A stretch of 64,000 bases of DNA from an uncultured cyanobacterium (lineage in GTDB: Bacteria; Cyanobacteriota; Cyanobacteriia; PCC-6307; Cyanobiaceae). The stretch covers positions 7,178 through 71,177 of the forward strand of contig CAIOGZ010000045.1 in NCBI GenBank assembly GCA_903858015.1. The letters run 5' to 3'. A program made the position numbers and the translations under genes. The notes under the pieces were generated by a model, which was not told where the DNA came from, searched no databases, and saw only the letters and a list, made by a program, of their open reading frames with translations. Below, piece after piece: positions 18,722-29,291 of the stretch (position 1 is its first letter; every line of letters starts with the position of its first letter).

Positions 18722-20056
18722 GTGCCCAACCCCGCCGCCAGCCCTGATCCGGCCCTATTCGCCGACCGGCGCGACCGTTTTCTGCACCGGCTGGGGGGGG
18801 CGGCGGCGGTGATCCCGGCGGCGCCGCTGGTCACCCACCACGCCGATGTCGAGCACCCCTTCCGCCAGAACAGCGACTTCTGGTACCTCACCGGCTTTGA
18901 TGAACCCGGCGCGGTGGCCCTGTTCCTCCCCCACAAACCCGACCATCCCTTCGTGCTGTTTGTTGCGCCGAAGGAGGCGAGCGCCGAGGTTTGGCATGGC
19001 TTCCGCTGGGGCTGCGAGGGGGCGGTGGAGCAGTTCGGCGCCGATCTGGCCCATCCGATCGGGGAGTTGGCCGAACGGCTAGGCGGCTACCTGGAGGGGG
19101 CCGAGGGCATCGCCTTCCGGGTGGGGCGCCATCGTGATGTGGAGCCGCTGGTGCTCAAGGCCTGGGGGCAACAGCTGGATCGGGCCCCCCGCAGCGGCCG
19201 CGCCGCCCTCGGCCTGGTGGCCCCCTGCCCGCTGTTGCATGAGCTGCGGCTGCGTAAATCGCCGGATGAGCTGGCGCGGCTGCGGGAGGCGGCCCGGATT
19301 TCGGCCGAAGCCCACGAGCTGGCCCGCCAGGTGGCGCGGCCGGGCCTCAATGAGCGGCAGGTGCAGGCGGTGATCGAGCAGCATTTCCTTGAGCAGGGGG
19401 CGCGGGGGCCGGCCTACGGCTCGATCGTGGCCGGCGGCGACAACGCCTGCGTGTTGCACTACACCAGCAATAACGCCCTGCTGCAGGGGGGCGACCTGCT
19501 CCTGATCGATGCCGGCTGCAGCCTCAACGATTACTACAACGGCGACATCACCCGCACCTTCCCGATCAACGGCCGCTTCAGCGGCGAACAGCGGGCCCTG
19601 TATGAGCTGGTGCTGGCGGCCCAGGAGGCGGCGCTGGCGGTGGTGGCCCCCGGCCAGACGGCCGAAGCGGTGCACGAGCGGGCGGTGCGGGTGTTGGTGG
19701 AGGGTCTGGTGGAGCTGGGTTTGCTGGTGGGCGATGTGCAGGGCCTGATCGAGCAGGGTGCCTACCGGCACCTGTATATGCACCGCACCGGTCATTGGCT
19801 GGGGCTCGATGTGCACGATGTAGGCGCCTACCGGCTCGGCGAACACCACGTGGAGTTGGAGCCCGGCATGGTGCTCACCGTGGAGCCGGGGTTGTACATC
19901 AGCGACCGGCTGGCGGTGCCCGAAGGCCAGCCCGCCATCGACGCGCGCTGGAAGGGGATCGGCATCCGCATCGAAGACGACGTGGCCGTCACCGACCGCG
20001 GCCACGAGGTGCTGACGGCGGCGGCCTTGAAGGCGCCGGCGGCGATGGAGCGGTAG
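18722..20056 (+). CDS. pepP: Xaa-Pro aminopeptidase (M24B)
   Basis: FRQNSDFWYLTG, LHY, DAGC, DITRT, HWLGLDVHD, TVEPG, GIRIEDD. GTG start 18722 inferred. Confidence 0.93.
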   Translation: MPNPAASPDPALFADRRDRFLHRLGGAAAVIPAAPLVTHHADVEHPFRQNSDFWYLTGFDEPGAVALFLPHKPDHPFVLFVAPKEASAEVWHGFRWGCEGAVEQFGADLAHPIGELAERLGGYLEGAEGIAFRVGRHRDVEPLVLKAWGQQLDRAPRSGRAALGLVAPCPLLHELRLRKSPDELARLREAARISAEAHELARQVARPGLNERQVQAVIEQHFLEQGARGPAYGSIVAGGDNACVLHYTSNNALLQGGDLLLIDAGCSLNDYYNGDITRTFPINGRFSGEQRALYELVLAAQEAALAVVAPGQTAEAVHERAVRVLVEGLVELGLLVGDVQGLIEQGAYRHLYMHRTGHWLGLDVHDVGAYRLGEHHVELEPGMVLTVEPGLYISDRLAVPEGQPAIDARWKGIGIRIEDDVAVTDRGHEVLTAAALKAPAAMER

Positions 20057-20316
20057 GGGGGATGGCAAGCAACAGGTGGCTGCCTGATGCGAAGCGCGAG
20101 AAATAGGCAGCTGGCGCCTTGGTTTGCAGCAGTAAGGATGGAAAACAACTGGTTTTTGCTGCGGTTCTGCAGTAGAAGGATGCAGGATGGCTTGAGCTGG
20201 CGTCAGCGCATGGGGAACCGGGGCAGCAGGGTTGATCGCGAGGGGCATGGGCGCTGGCATCTCGCGATTCCTGGCGGCATCCCCCGCTGCTTGCACGCCC
20301 TGGCCGGGGCCCTGCG

Positions 20317-23300
20317 ATGAGCGAGCGCTTCTTCAACGACCCGATCCTCAACTCCCCCTACGAGCGCCCCAGCAGGCATTGGGAGCTTGTGAAAGGCATC
20401 CCCACGCAGGTGGAGTTGGCGGGGCGCCGGGAGTCGCAGCTGATCACGCCGATCCCCAAGCCCAGGAAGCGGGGAGGCAAGGACGAGCAGCGCGAGCTGG
20501 AGTTCGGGGCCCAGGGGCTGTCGGATAGCGACCAGCAATACGAGGTCACCCAGCAGATCAACTCGATCCGGGCGCTGGTGGAAGAGTGGCGGCAGGCGCC
20601 CGAGAGCCAGTGGAAGGTGTCAGCGGAGACGGCCCGGCTGCTGAAGCACTGGCGCCACCACGAGTTCCAGGGTATTCGGCCCTTCTACTGCCAGATCGAA
20701 GCGGCCGAAACCGCCATCTGGCTCACGGAGGTGGCACCGGAAATCGGCAAGCGCGGCAAGGACATCCTCGAGAAGCTCGAGAGCGCCAACGACGAAGCCA
20801 ACCCGGACCTGTTGCGGATGGCCCTGAAGCTGGCCACTGGCGCAGGCAAGACCACGGTGATGGCCATGCTGATCGCCTGGCAAACCATCAACGCCGCCCG
20901 CCATCCGGGCAGCAGCCGCTTCACCAAGGGATTCCTGGTGGTGGCGCCGGGGCTCACGATTCGCGACCGCCTACGGGTGCTGATGCCGAACGACACCGAG
21001 AGCTACTTCAAGCGGATGGAGCTGGTGCCGCAGGATCTGGTGCCGGAGCTGGGCAAGGCCCGGATCGTGATCACCAACTACCACGCCTTCCGCAAGCGGG
21101 AGCTGCTTGATCTGGCCAAGGGCACCCGCCAGTTCATGGAGGGTTGGCGGCAGGAAACGATGGTCACCACCGAGACCGAAGGCCAGATGCTGCAGCGCGT
21201 CATGAGCGAGCTGATGGCGATGAAGCAGGTGCTGGTGATCAACGATGAAGCGCACCACTGCTACCGCGAGAAGCCGCTCAGCGATGAGCAACGGGAGCAG
21301 ATCCAGCTGACCTCCGAGGAGAAGGCCGAGGCCAAGAGCCACCGGGAAGCAGCGCGGATGTGGATCTCAGGTCTGGAAGCGGTGAGCCGCAAGATCGGCA
21401 AGGGTCAACAGCGGGTGATTGACCTTTCGGCAACGCCCTTTTTCCTGGCCAGCTCGGGCTACAAGGAAGGCACGCTGTTCCCGTGGACGGTCAGCGACTT
21501 TTCGCTGATGGATGCGATCGAATGCGGCATCGTCAAGCTGCCGCGGGTTCCTGTAGCCGACAACATTGCCCAGGATGTGCCGCGCTATCGGGAGCTATGG
21601 AAGAACATCAAGAGCAAGATGCCCAAGAAGGGGCGGGGCAAGGGGGGTAGCAAGGATCCTGAAAGCCTGCCCACGGAGCTCAAAACAGCAATCGAAGCCC
21701 TGTATGGGCATTATGAGAAAACCTTTGAGGAGTGGAAGAAAGCAGGATTCGATGTGCCGCCCTGCTTCATCATCGTCTGCAACAACACCTCCACCTCCAA
21801 GCTCGTCTACGACTATGTATCTGGATATGGGATCAAAGATGATCGTGGTGATGACAAGCATCGCAAGGGAGCTTGCCCGCTGTTCTCCAACTTCGATGAC
21901 TACGACCAAGCCCTGCCCCGCCCGCGCACCTTGCTGATCGACAGCGAGCAACTGGAAAGTGGTGAGGCGTTGGATGCCAATTTCCGTGAGATGGCGGGGC
22001 CGGAGATTGAGCAGTTCCGCAGGGAGATCATCCAGCGCGAAGGCGCCGGTGCTGCCGCCAACAAGATGACTGATGCCGATCTGTTGCGGGAGGTGATGAA
22101 CACTGTGGGCAAACCGGGCAAGCTCGGCGCCGAGATCCGTTGTGTGGTGTCGGTGGCGATGCTCACCGAGGGCTGGGATGCGAACACCGTGACCCATGTG
22201 CTGGGGTTGCGCGCCTTCAGCACCCAGTTGCTGTGTGAACAGGTGGTGGGCCGCGCCCTGCGCCGCCAGAACTACATCCTCAACACCGACAAGAGGCCGG
22301 CTCGCTTTGATGTGGAGTATGCCGATATTCTCGGCATCCCGTTTGATTTCACCTCCCAGGCCGTGGCAGCGCCGGTCAAGCCGCCGCCCCAGACCATCCA
22401 GGTGAAGGCGATCAGCCCTGCACGCGATGGCCAGGAGATCCGCTTCCCCCATGTGATCGGATACCGGGCCGAGCTGCCTGATGATCAGGTGAAAGCCACC
22501 TTCAACGAGGACCACATCCTGGAACTCACCCCCGAACTGATTGGCGCGACAGTTACTAACAACCAGGGGATTATTGGCGAGGGTGTAAATCTGACAATTG
22601 AACGAATCAAAGACCCGAGAAAATCCACTGTGATCATGAATCTTGCCAAGCATTTAGTGTATACGCAATATCGAGACGCTGATGAACTTCCCAAGACCTA
22701 TCTGATCATGCCAATGAAGAAGCTTGTGCGTGAGTGGCTGGATCAATGCCTGATCTGTAAGGGCGGCACCAACCATGGTGTGTTGACCTACCGAGAAATC
22801 GCTGATATAGCCTGCGAGAAGATGGTTCACGCCATCATGGTGAGCCCCGGCCAAAGCAAGCGGCAGCAGGTGATTCTTGATCCCTACAACCCAAGTGGCA
22901 GCACGAGGTACGTGAACTTCAACACATCAAAGCTGATACGCTGGCAAACCGATTCCAGGCGTTGCCAGGTGAATTGGGCCATCTGCGATAGCAATTGGGA
23001 GAATGAGTTTTGTCGGGTGCTCGACCACCATCCCCGCGTGCGCCGCTGGGTGAAGAACCATGGCTTGGGCTTTGAGGTGCCTTACCGCATGGGTGGCGTA
23101 GCCCGCAAGTACATCCCCGATTTCATCGTGGTGGTGGATGACGGTCGGGGCGATGACGACCTGCTGCACCTGGTGTGTGAGGTGAAGGGTTACCGGGGAG
23201 AGGATGCCAAGGTGAAGAAAACCACGATGGAGGCCTTCTGGGTGCCAGGCGTCAACAACTCAGGCCGCTTCGGACGCTGGGGCTTTGCGGAGTTCCGGGA

Positions 23301-23391
23301 GGTGTATGCCATGGAAACTGATTTCGCCTCGGCGGTGGACGACGAGGTGAATCAGGTGCTGGATCAGGTGCTCACCGTGGAGGTGGTCTGA
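20317..23391 (+). CDS. res: Type III restriction enzyme Res subunit (SF2 helicase plus PD-(D/E)xK nuclease)
   Basis: ATGAGKT, NDEAHH, LSATP, MLTEGWD, QVVGRALR, YIPDF...EVKG. Confidence 0.9.
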   Translation: MSERFFNDPILNSPYERPSRHWELVKGIPTQVELAGRRESQLITPIPKPRKRGGKDEQRELEFGAQGLSDSDQQYEVTQQINSIRALVEEWRQAPESQWKVSAETARLLKHWRHHEFQGIRPFYCQIEAAETAIWLTEVAPEIGKRGKDILEKLESANDEANPDLLRMALKLATGAGKTTVMAMLIAWQTINAARHPGSSRFTKGFLVVAPGLTIRDRLRVLMPNDTESYFKRMELVPQDLVPELGKARIVITNYHAFRKRELLDLAKGTRQFMEGWRQETMVTTETEGQMLQRVMSELMAMKQVLVINDEAHHCYREKPLSDEQREQIQLTSEEKAEAKSHREAARMWISGLEAVSRKIGKGQQRVIDLSATPFFLASSGYKEGTLFPWTVSDFSLMDAIECGIVKLPRVPVADNIAQDVPRYRELWKNIKSKMPKKGRGKGGSKDPESLPTELKTAIEALYGHYEKTFEEWKKAGFDVPPCFIIVCNNTSTSKLVYDYVSGYGIKDDRGDDKHRKGACPLFSNFDDYDQALPRPRTLLIDSEQLESGEALDANFREMAGPEIEQFRREIIQREGAGAAANKMTDADLLREVMNTVGKPGKLGAEIRCVVSVAMLTEGWDANTVTHVLGLRAFSTQLLCEQVVGRALRRQNYILNTDKRPARFDVEYADILGIPFDFTSQAVAAPVKPPPQTIQVKAISPARDGQEIRFPHVIGYRAELPDDQVKATFNEDHILELTPELIGATVTNNQGIIGEGVNLTIERIKDPRKSTVIMNLAKHLVYTQYRDADELPKTYLIMPMKKLVREWLDQCLICKGGTNHGVLTYREIADIACEKMVHAIMVSPGQSKRQQVILDPYNPSGSTRYVNFNTSKLIRWQTDSRRCQVNWAICDSNWENEFCRVLDHHPRVRRWVKNHGLGFEVPYRMGGVARKYIPDFIVVVDDGRGDDDLLHLVCEVKGYRGEDAKVKKTTMEAFWVPGVNNSGRFGRWGFAEFREVYAMETDFASAVDDEVNQVLDQVLTVEVV

Positions 23392-23392
23392 C

Positions 23393-26197
23393 ATGCCCAA
23401 GAAGCCCGCCAGCGAGAAGCAGATCGAGAGCTTCGTGCACGATGACGCCTCACGCCGGAACATCCCTCCGGCTGAGTTCCAGACGATGGTGTGCAACCAG
23501 GAGAAGACTCCCATCCAAGTCGCCTACGAGCGGCGGAATCCGGATCTGGATCCCCAGCTGATCTGGCGCGGCAAGGATCTGCTGGATGAATCACCGCTGG
23601 TGGTCAATGCACCACCGCTATACATCCAGGAGAAGATTCACCCGAAGGTGTTGATCGATAATCTGAAGCGACGTAATAAGGAAGGAGACACCGCCAAAGC
23701 CGAACAGATTGACCTGTTCGCAGCCTTCAACGGATTGCCCTCGGAGGAAGCCAAGACTGAGTTCTATCAGCACGATCAGAACTGGTCGAATCGGATGATT
23801 CTTGGGGATTCCCTGCAGGTGATGGTTAGCCTGGCAGAGAGGGAAGGCATGAGGGGAAAGATTCAGTGCATTTTCTTTGATCCCCCGTATGGAATCAAGT
23901 TTAACTCCAACTTTCAGTGGAGCACTACAAGTCGAACAGTGTCAGATGGGAAAAGAGATCACATTACAAGGGAGCCGGAGCAAGTAAAGGCCTTCCGCGA
24001 TACATGGAGGGATGGGATCCACAGCTACCTTTCTTATCTTAGAGATCGCCTGCTCGTCGCACGGGACCTCTTATCCAGCACGGGGTCTATCTTTGTTCAG
24101 ATCGGAGATGAGAATATCCACTTGCTCAGATCATTGCTCGACGAAGTGTTTGGCAGAGAAAGTTCATGCAGTCTAATTACGTACTCCAAAACGACAGGAA
24201 CCACCGGAGATCTCTTGCAGGCCACCACTGATTACATCTTGTGGTATGCCAAAGATAAAGATAAAGTCAAATACCGAAATCTCTGTATAGATAAAGTAAT
24301 GGGCCAGGCCGGATCCTCGAAGTATGACCAGGTAGAAATGCCTTGTCTTTCCAGAAGGCCTATTACCACTTTAGAAAGGCAAAGGCCTGAGACATTGCCC
24401 CGGGGTGCCAGGATTATGAGGGTAGATAACCTAACCTCGCCAAGGATCCGCGAAGCAAGGACAGGCTATTTCCCAATATCGGTAAGCGGCAGATCGTTTC
24501 TCCCTCGGCAAGGCGAATGGAAGACGCATCAAATTGGGATGCAGCGGCTAATTATGGCAAGTAGGGTAGCTGCTCTGCGTGGAACCGCTGGATACATAAG
24601 GTACATTAATGACTTTCCGGCCATGATGCTGACAAATGCATGGATGGATATAGGAGGAATACAAAGCAGGTCAGATCCAAAGATATACGTTGTGCAGACA
24701 TCTACGACTGCCATACAACGCTGTATGCTCATGACTAGCGATGCTGGAGACCTCGTCCTTGATCCCACTTGTGGATCTGGAACTTCTGCAACAGTTGCAG
24801 AGCAGTGGGGGCGACGCTGGATCACGATTGATACTTCTCGTGTTGCATTGGCACTGGCGCGAGCCCGAATTATGGGAGCACGCTATCCGTACTATCTTCT
24901 GGCTGATTCGTCAGAAGGAAAGCTTAAAGAGGCTGAGCTGACTAGCTCGTTCCCAAGTGCTGAACCCGTCTCGCGCAACATCCGTCAAGGCTTTGTCTAC
25001 GAGCGTGTTCCTCACATCACCCTCAAGTCAATCGCCAACAACATCGAGATCGATACGATCTGGGAAAAGTGGCAATCCACCCTTGAGCCCTTGCGCGAAC
25101 AGCTGAACACAGCACTTGGTAAGGCCTGGCAGGAATGGGAGATCCCCCGCGAAGCCCAGCCCACCTGGTCCGTCGAAGCCAAGAGCATTCATACCAACTG
25201 GTGGGATGCCCGCATCGCCCGCCAGAAGGAAATTGATGCCTCTATCGCCTCCAAGGCCGATTCCGAATACCTCTACGACAGGCCCTACGAAGACAAATCC
25301 AAGGTCCGAGTCGCCGGTCCATTCACGGTGGAGAGCCTCAGCCCCCACCGCACGATGATCGTCAACGACGACGACACCATCACCGATCCCCTCAAGCAGG
25401 GAGCCACCGCAGAGGGAGCCACGGATTTCGCCCAGATGATCCTCAACACCCTGCGAGTGGCCGGGGTGCAACAGGCCCACAAGGAAGACCGCATCAGCTT
25501 TGAGTCGCTCGATGGCTGGCCCGGTGTTCTGCTGGCAGGCAAGGGCAGCTACCGAGATGCCGATGGCACGCTCAAGTCGGCTGGCATCTTCATTGGTCCA
25601 GAGTTCGGCACTGTTACTCGCGTGGATTTGGTGGAAGCTGCCCGCGAATGTGCTGATGCAGGCTTTGATGTGCTGATCAGTTGCGCCTTCAACTACGAGG
25701 CCCAGTCCACCGAGTTTGACAAGCTTGGCCCCATCCCCGTGCTCAAGGCGCGCATGAACGCTGATCTGCACATGCAGCAGGATCTCGCCAACAGCGGCAA
25801 GGGCAACCTTTTCGTGATCTTCGGCGAACCCGACATCGACATCCTCTATGCTCCAGACAATCAGATCCAGGTACAGATTAACGGCGTCGACGTCTTCGAT
25901 CCCTCCACCGGCGAGGTCCGCAGCGACGAGCCCGACAACATCGCCTGCTGGTTCATCGACAGCGACTACAACGGCGAGAGCTTCTTCGTTCGGCAGGCCT
26001 ACTTCCTCGGACAGAACGACCCTTACAAGAGCCTTAAAACCTCTCTCAAGGCCGAGATCGACCTTGAGGCCTGGGAATCCCTCAACAGCGACACGTCTGT
26101 TCCGTTCGCCAAGCCTTCAACAGGGCGCATCGCCGTGAAGGTGATAAATCACCTTGGGGATGAGGTGATGAAGGTTTATCGATCAGGAGACCGTTAG
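23393..26197 (+). CDS. mod: Type III R-M Mod subunit, N6-adenine DNA methyltransferase (beta class)
   Basis: DPPYG (motif IV) precedes VLDPTCGSGT (motif I), with an AT-richer target-recognition region between them. Starts 1 bp after res. Confidence 0.9.
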   Translation: MPKKPASEKQIESFVHDDASRRNIPPAEFQTMVCNQEKTPIQVAYERRNPDLDPQLIWRGKDLLDESPLVVNAPPLYIQEKIHPKVLIDNLKRRNKEGDTAKAEQIDLFAAFNGLPSEEAKTEFYQHDQNWSNRMILGDSLQVMVSLAEREGMRGKIQCIFFDPPYGIKFNSNFQWSTTSRTVSDGKRDHITREPEQVKAFRDTWRDGIHSYLSYLRDRLLVARDLLSSTGSIFVQIGDENIHLLRSLLDEVFGRESSCSLITYSKTTGTTGDLLQATTDYILWYAKDKDKVKYRNLCIDKVMGQAGSSKYDQVEMPCLSRRPITTLERQRPETLPRGARIMRVDNLTSPRIREARTGYFPISVSGRSFLPRQGEWKTHQIGMQRLIMASRVAALRGTAGYIRYINDFPAMMLTNAWMDIGGIQSRSDPKIYVVQTSTTAIQRCMLMTSDAGDLVLDPTCGSGTSATVAEQWGRRWITIDTSRVALALARARIMGARYPYYLLADSSEGKLKEAELTSSFPSAEPVSRNIRQGFVYERVPHITLKSIANNIEIDTIWEKWQSTLEPLREQLNTALGKAWQEWEIPREAQPTWSVEAKSIHTNWWDARIARQKEIDASIASKADSEYLYDRPYEDKSKVRVAGPFTVESLSPHRTMIVNDDDTITDPLKQGATAEGATDFAQMILNTLRVAGVQQAHKEDRISFESLDGWPGVLLAGKGSYRDADGTLKSAGIFIGPEFGTVTRVDLVEAARECADAGFDVLISCAFNYEAQSTEFDKLGPIPVLKARMNADLHMQQDLANSGKGNLFVIFGEPDIDILYAPDNQIQVQINGVDVFDPSTGEVRSDEPDNIACWFIDSDYNGESFFVRQAYFLGQNDPYKSLKTSLKAEIDLEAWESLNSDTSVPFAKPSTGRIAVKVINHLGDEVMKVYRSGDR

Positions 26198-26218
26198 GCT
26201 TGGTGACTATCCTTTGCA

Positions 26219-27724
26219 ATGAGCAACTTTCAAATGCCCCGATTAACATTTAACAGCCCAGGGGCAAAGAGGTTGTATGACGAGCTTGCTTCCACAGATA
26301 GCAATCACGCCTTTGCGAACTACGTCCGTAGACGCACAGATCAGGTAGAGGCTACTAATAGCCTAAGACTAGGTGATACTTTTGACTTGAAGCGTATCAT
26401 CTCGCTTGAGTTCTATACTCTATCTGATCTTCACCGATTGCATGCGGCCCTGATTGGAGCAGTATTACGGGCGCAAGCCATCGACAAGATCGACCGTCTC
26501 AACTTCATTGATCAAGTCGACAAATTTGCCATTGCTGCCGATCGAGGCTTTGATACTGAAAGATCATCCTTTATCAAGGAGATTCCATTCCATAGAAGTT
26601 CAGAACTCTTTAGTGGATTTTCTCTGCGCCTGGATCTCGTAGGTGGATCCCTAGTGCGTATTATTGCCACTCTTAGGCCATCGGAAATACTCATCGATTT
26701 TTTCAGTGATATCTCCAAAGTTCAGATAGACACATTGCTTGACCTTCGTCGACGGTGGGCTGGTTTTCCCTGGGAGGATATTCACATTTCAGTCGACAAA
26801 GGAAACGATCGCAAGCAGCGTCTCATTGAGGAGATTGATAGAGATATTACGCAGAATGTTGTCGGGTTTTTCATGAGGGACCTTTGTCCAGGGATTTACA
26901 TGGAAAGCTTTGGTGGCACTCCCATCCTTCAGGTTTTCTACCATAGAGACACGGGACCGGCGACTTCTTTTAATGATGTGGTTGCTGAGCGCATTCAGCA
27001 CAGAACTTCATTCTTCCAGATTTTAGCGCAGTCTGGTGTGGACCTTGACTACAGGACAGCCTCATCTATTGATGGCGATGAGATTATCGAACAGAGCCCC
27101 AGGAATCGATCCGCACTTGTGGCGACGGGAAAGATTATCGGGAGGAGTTCGTCGTTTTCACTTATAGAGATCGATCTCTTGACCATGCTTGGCGAAAAAG
27201 CCAGGTTATGGCTACAGCTTTGTCAACTGCATGATATTGAAAGAAGTTATGTCCGGCTGATGCTGAAAAAAAAGACAGCTGACCTCAGGGCCAAAAGACT
27301 TGAGACTTACAAGCTTAGAGCAACCCACAACCTTATTATATCTGCAACTGAGAAACGCGATAGGTTTTTAAAAACGGCTAGCAGCCAGCCCGCACTGTCT
27401 AAGTTCTTTTACGATGGTATGGCAAATAGGTCTGACTACGCCACGCAAAACTATGGCTACATATCCTCCCTAGGCAAGCAGCTAACAAGCAAGCTCTCTG
27501 CCATTCTTGACGACTCGGATGTTGTCCGTGATGAAGCTGATTCGGTGTTTCAAAGAAATATCCAGTGCATTGCTGTTGCAGTAGCAGTTTTCTCGGTACT
27601 TGCAGCCCTGTTCACTCCGATGCTTCAGATTCGTATTGAGCGTTGGGTGGGTGAGTGCTCCACTGCTGGGCAACAATGCCCTGCCACCTACACTACTTGC
27701 TGGTGGCTGCAGCCATTGCGCTAA
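26219..27724 (+). CDS. AT-rich hypothetical protein with one C-terminal TM helix
   Basis: 501-aa ORF, composition unlike flanks, TM segment IAVAVAVFSVLAALFTPML. No recognised family. Confidence 0.6.
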   Translation: MSNFQMPRLTFNSPGAKRLYDELASTDSNHAFANYVRRRTDQVEATNSLRLGDTFDLKRIISLEFYTLSDLHRLHAALIGAVLRAQAIDKIDRLNFIDQVDKFAIAADRGFDTERSSFIKEIPFHRSSELFSGFSLRLDLVGGSLVRIIATLRPSEILIDFFSDISKVQIDTLLDLRRRWAGFPWEDIHISVDKGNDRKQRLIEEIDRDITQNVVGFFMRDLCPGIYMESFGGTPILQVFYHRDTGPATSFNDVVAERIQHRTSFFQILAQSGVDLDYRTASSIDGDEIIEQSPRNRSALVATGKIIGRSSSFSLIEIDLLTMLGEKARLWLQLCQLHDIERSYVRLMLKKKTADLRAKRLETYKLRATHNLIISATEKRDRFLKTASSQPALSKFFYDGMANRSDYATQNYGYISSLGKQLTSKLSAILDDSDVVRDEADSVFQRNIQCIAVAVAVFSVLAALFTPMLQIRIERWVGECSTAGQQCPATYTTCWWLQPLR

Positions 27725-27748
27725 ATGTTATTATTGGGTTAATTGGTA

Positions 27749-28231
27749 ATGCCTTTTCTGCTTTCGGAAACTTTTCAAACAAGTCTGCTGAAGCTCAACG
27801 GCGAGGAGCAGAAAGCGGCCAAACTTGCCGCATTCGAGCTCCAGATCAACGCTGCCAATCCTGGTCTGCAGTGCCACCGGCTCGACAACATCAAGGACAA
27901 GAACTTCTGGTCTGCTCGCGCCAGCCGTGACATCCGTCTGATCTTCCATCGGGTCGAGAGCAGCGCCATGCTCTGCTACGTCGACCATCACGATTCCGCC
28001 TACGACTGGGCTTCGCGCCGCAAGATCGAAACCCATCCCGTCACCGGTGCCGCCCAGATCGTGGAGATCCGCGAAACGGTTCGCGAGATCCAGATCCCCC
28101 TCCATGTCCCCGCTGAATCTCCGGCCACGCCGGAGCCCAAGCGGCCGCTCTCCAACCTCACGGAAGCCGACCTGCTCAGCTACGGCGTTCCTGCCGAGTG
28201 GATTCCTGATGTCCGCACAGCGGACGACGAC
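27749..28231 (+). pseudogene. 5'-only copy of the RelE-UvrD helicase gene
   Basis: Near-identical to 29901-30409 up to GCGGACGACGAC, then unrelated sequence. Confidence 0.9.
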
Positions 28232-28712
28232 TCTCCGCTATTGGATGGACCCGGAATCCACCTTGCAGCAAGGCTCCGCCTGCCCTTACTTCTCCCAATG
28301 CGCTCGCCGAAAAGCTAAAATCTTCGATTTGCAAGCACCTTGCCAAGCGAGAAACAAGCCATTCGCTATGCTCAGACATTAGGTCAAACTGTCGTATTGC
28401 CTCGTTGGTCATATGAAGGGTTGAAATGTCGATACCGACTTGAATTAGAGATCGAAACATCGCTACCAGCGGATGATCGCGATACGTCTTAGGGGAACGC
28501 CATATGCGACCAATAGATGGCTCATCCAATTTGCTGCCAAGTGCGGGTGCCCGCTCGACAAGGTTTCGATAGATTCTATCTACGGTCATTGGTTGGTTTT
28601 ATTTCTTATCCTACGTGAGCCGTATTGGCCTGCGGGTGGCAGGCCACCATGGACGGGTCCTTACATCTCTTACGATCAGGGGCTAGACTGAGCAAGGTTC
28701 TTGGCGCAGCTG

Positions 28713-29291
28713 ATGACCCCACAAGCTGAGTTTCAGGCCGCTGTTCTCGATCAGCTTCGCCGTGCACCGCTCGATCCTCCAGCCCAGGCAGCACTGCTGC
28801 AGGCGCTGACCTCTGTGGCCCCGCGGGAAGGTGCCGTTACCGCCAAGGCAGACGGCCCGCTCGCCGAATGGCTGGGAGAGCCCCCTGCCAATGCCGCACA
28901 GCTCGAGTTCGAAGCACTCCGGCGCAGCTTTGCCCTCCGCCACCAGCTCCTGGCCTCCACTATCGGTACAGCCGAGGTGAACGAGCTCCTCGCCGCCGGC
29001 AGCCGCCAGACGGTGCACGACCGCCTCAGGGCCGGCACCCTGCTGGGGATCCTTGATCAGGGGAAATGGCGCTTCCCCCTCTGGCAGTTCGACGCCGATG
29101 GCCCCAACGGTGTGATCGACGGACTGGCCCAGGTGCTGCAGGCCCTGCAGGTCTCCAACCTGGCCAAGGCCCGCTGGCTGCAAAAGCCCCATGCGGTTTT
29201 CGGCGGCTTCACCCCCTTGGATCTGCTCCGCCACGGCCGTCTCGAAGACGTATTGGCGGAAGCGGGCCAGGTGGGTCGTGGTCAGGATTGA
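28713..29291 (+). CDS. Xre/MbcA/ParS-like antitoxin (HTH plus toxin-binding C-terminus)
   Basis: SRQTVHDRLRAGTLL, WRFPLWQF, WLQKPHAVFGGFTPLDLL. Overlaps a RES gene. Confidence 0.75.
   Translation: MTPQAEFQAAVLDQLRRAPLDPPAQAALLQALTSVAPREGAVTAKADGPLAEWLGEPPANAAQLEFEALRRSFALRHQLLASTIGTAEVNELLAAGSRQTVHDRLRAGTLLGILDQGKWRFPLWQFDADGPNGVIDGLAQVLQALQVSNLAKARWLQKPHAVFGGFTPLDLLRHGRLEDVLAEAGQVGRGQD

Noticed and set aside
14291-19350. Many long overlapping or antisense ORFs in nadE-pepP (also 33211-35163, 51730-52662, 56013-57092, 59014-59796)
   Set aside because: Expected stop-poor frames in very GC-rich DNA opposite well-supported genes; no motifs.
28176-28690. 137-aa minus-strand ORF and adjacent AT-rich patch
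   Set aside because: No motif, and it runs into the helicase fragment; probably the remnant of a disrupted gene, so it is not called.
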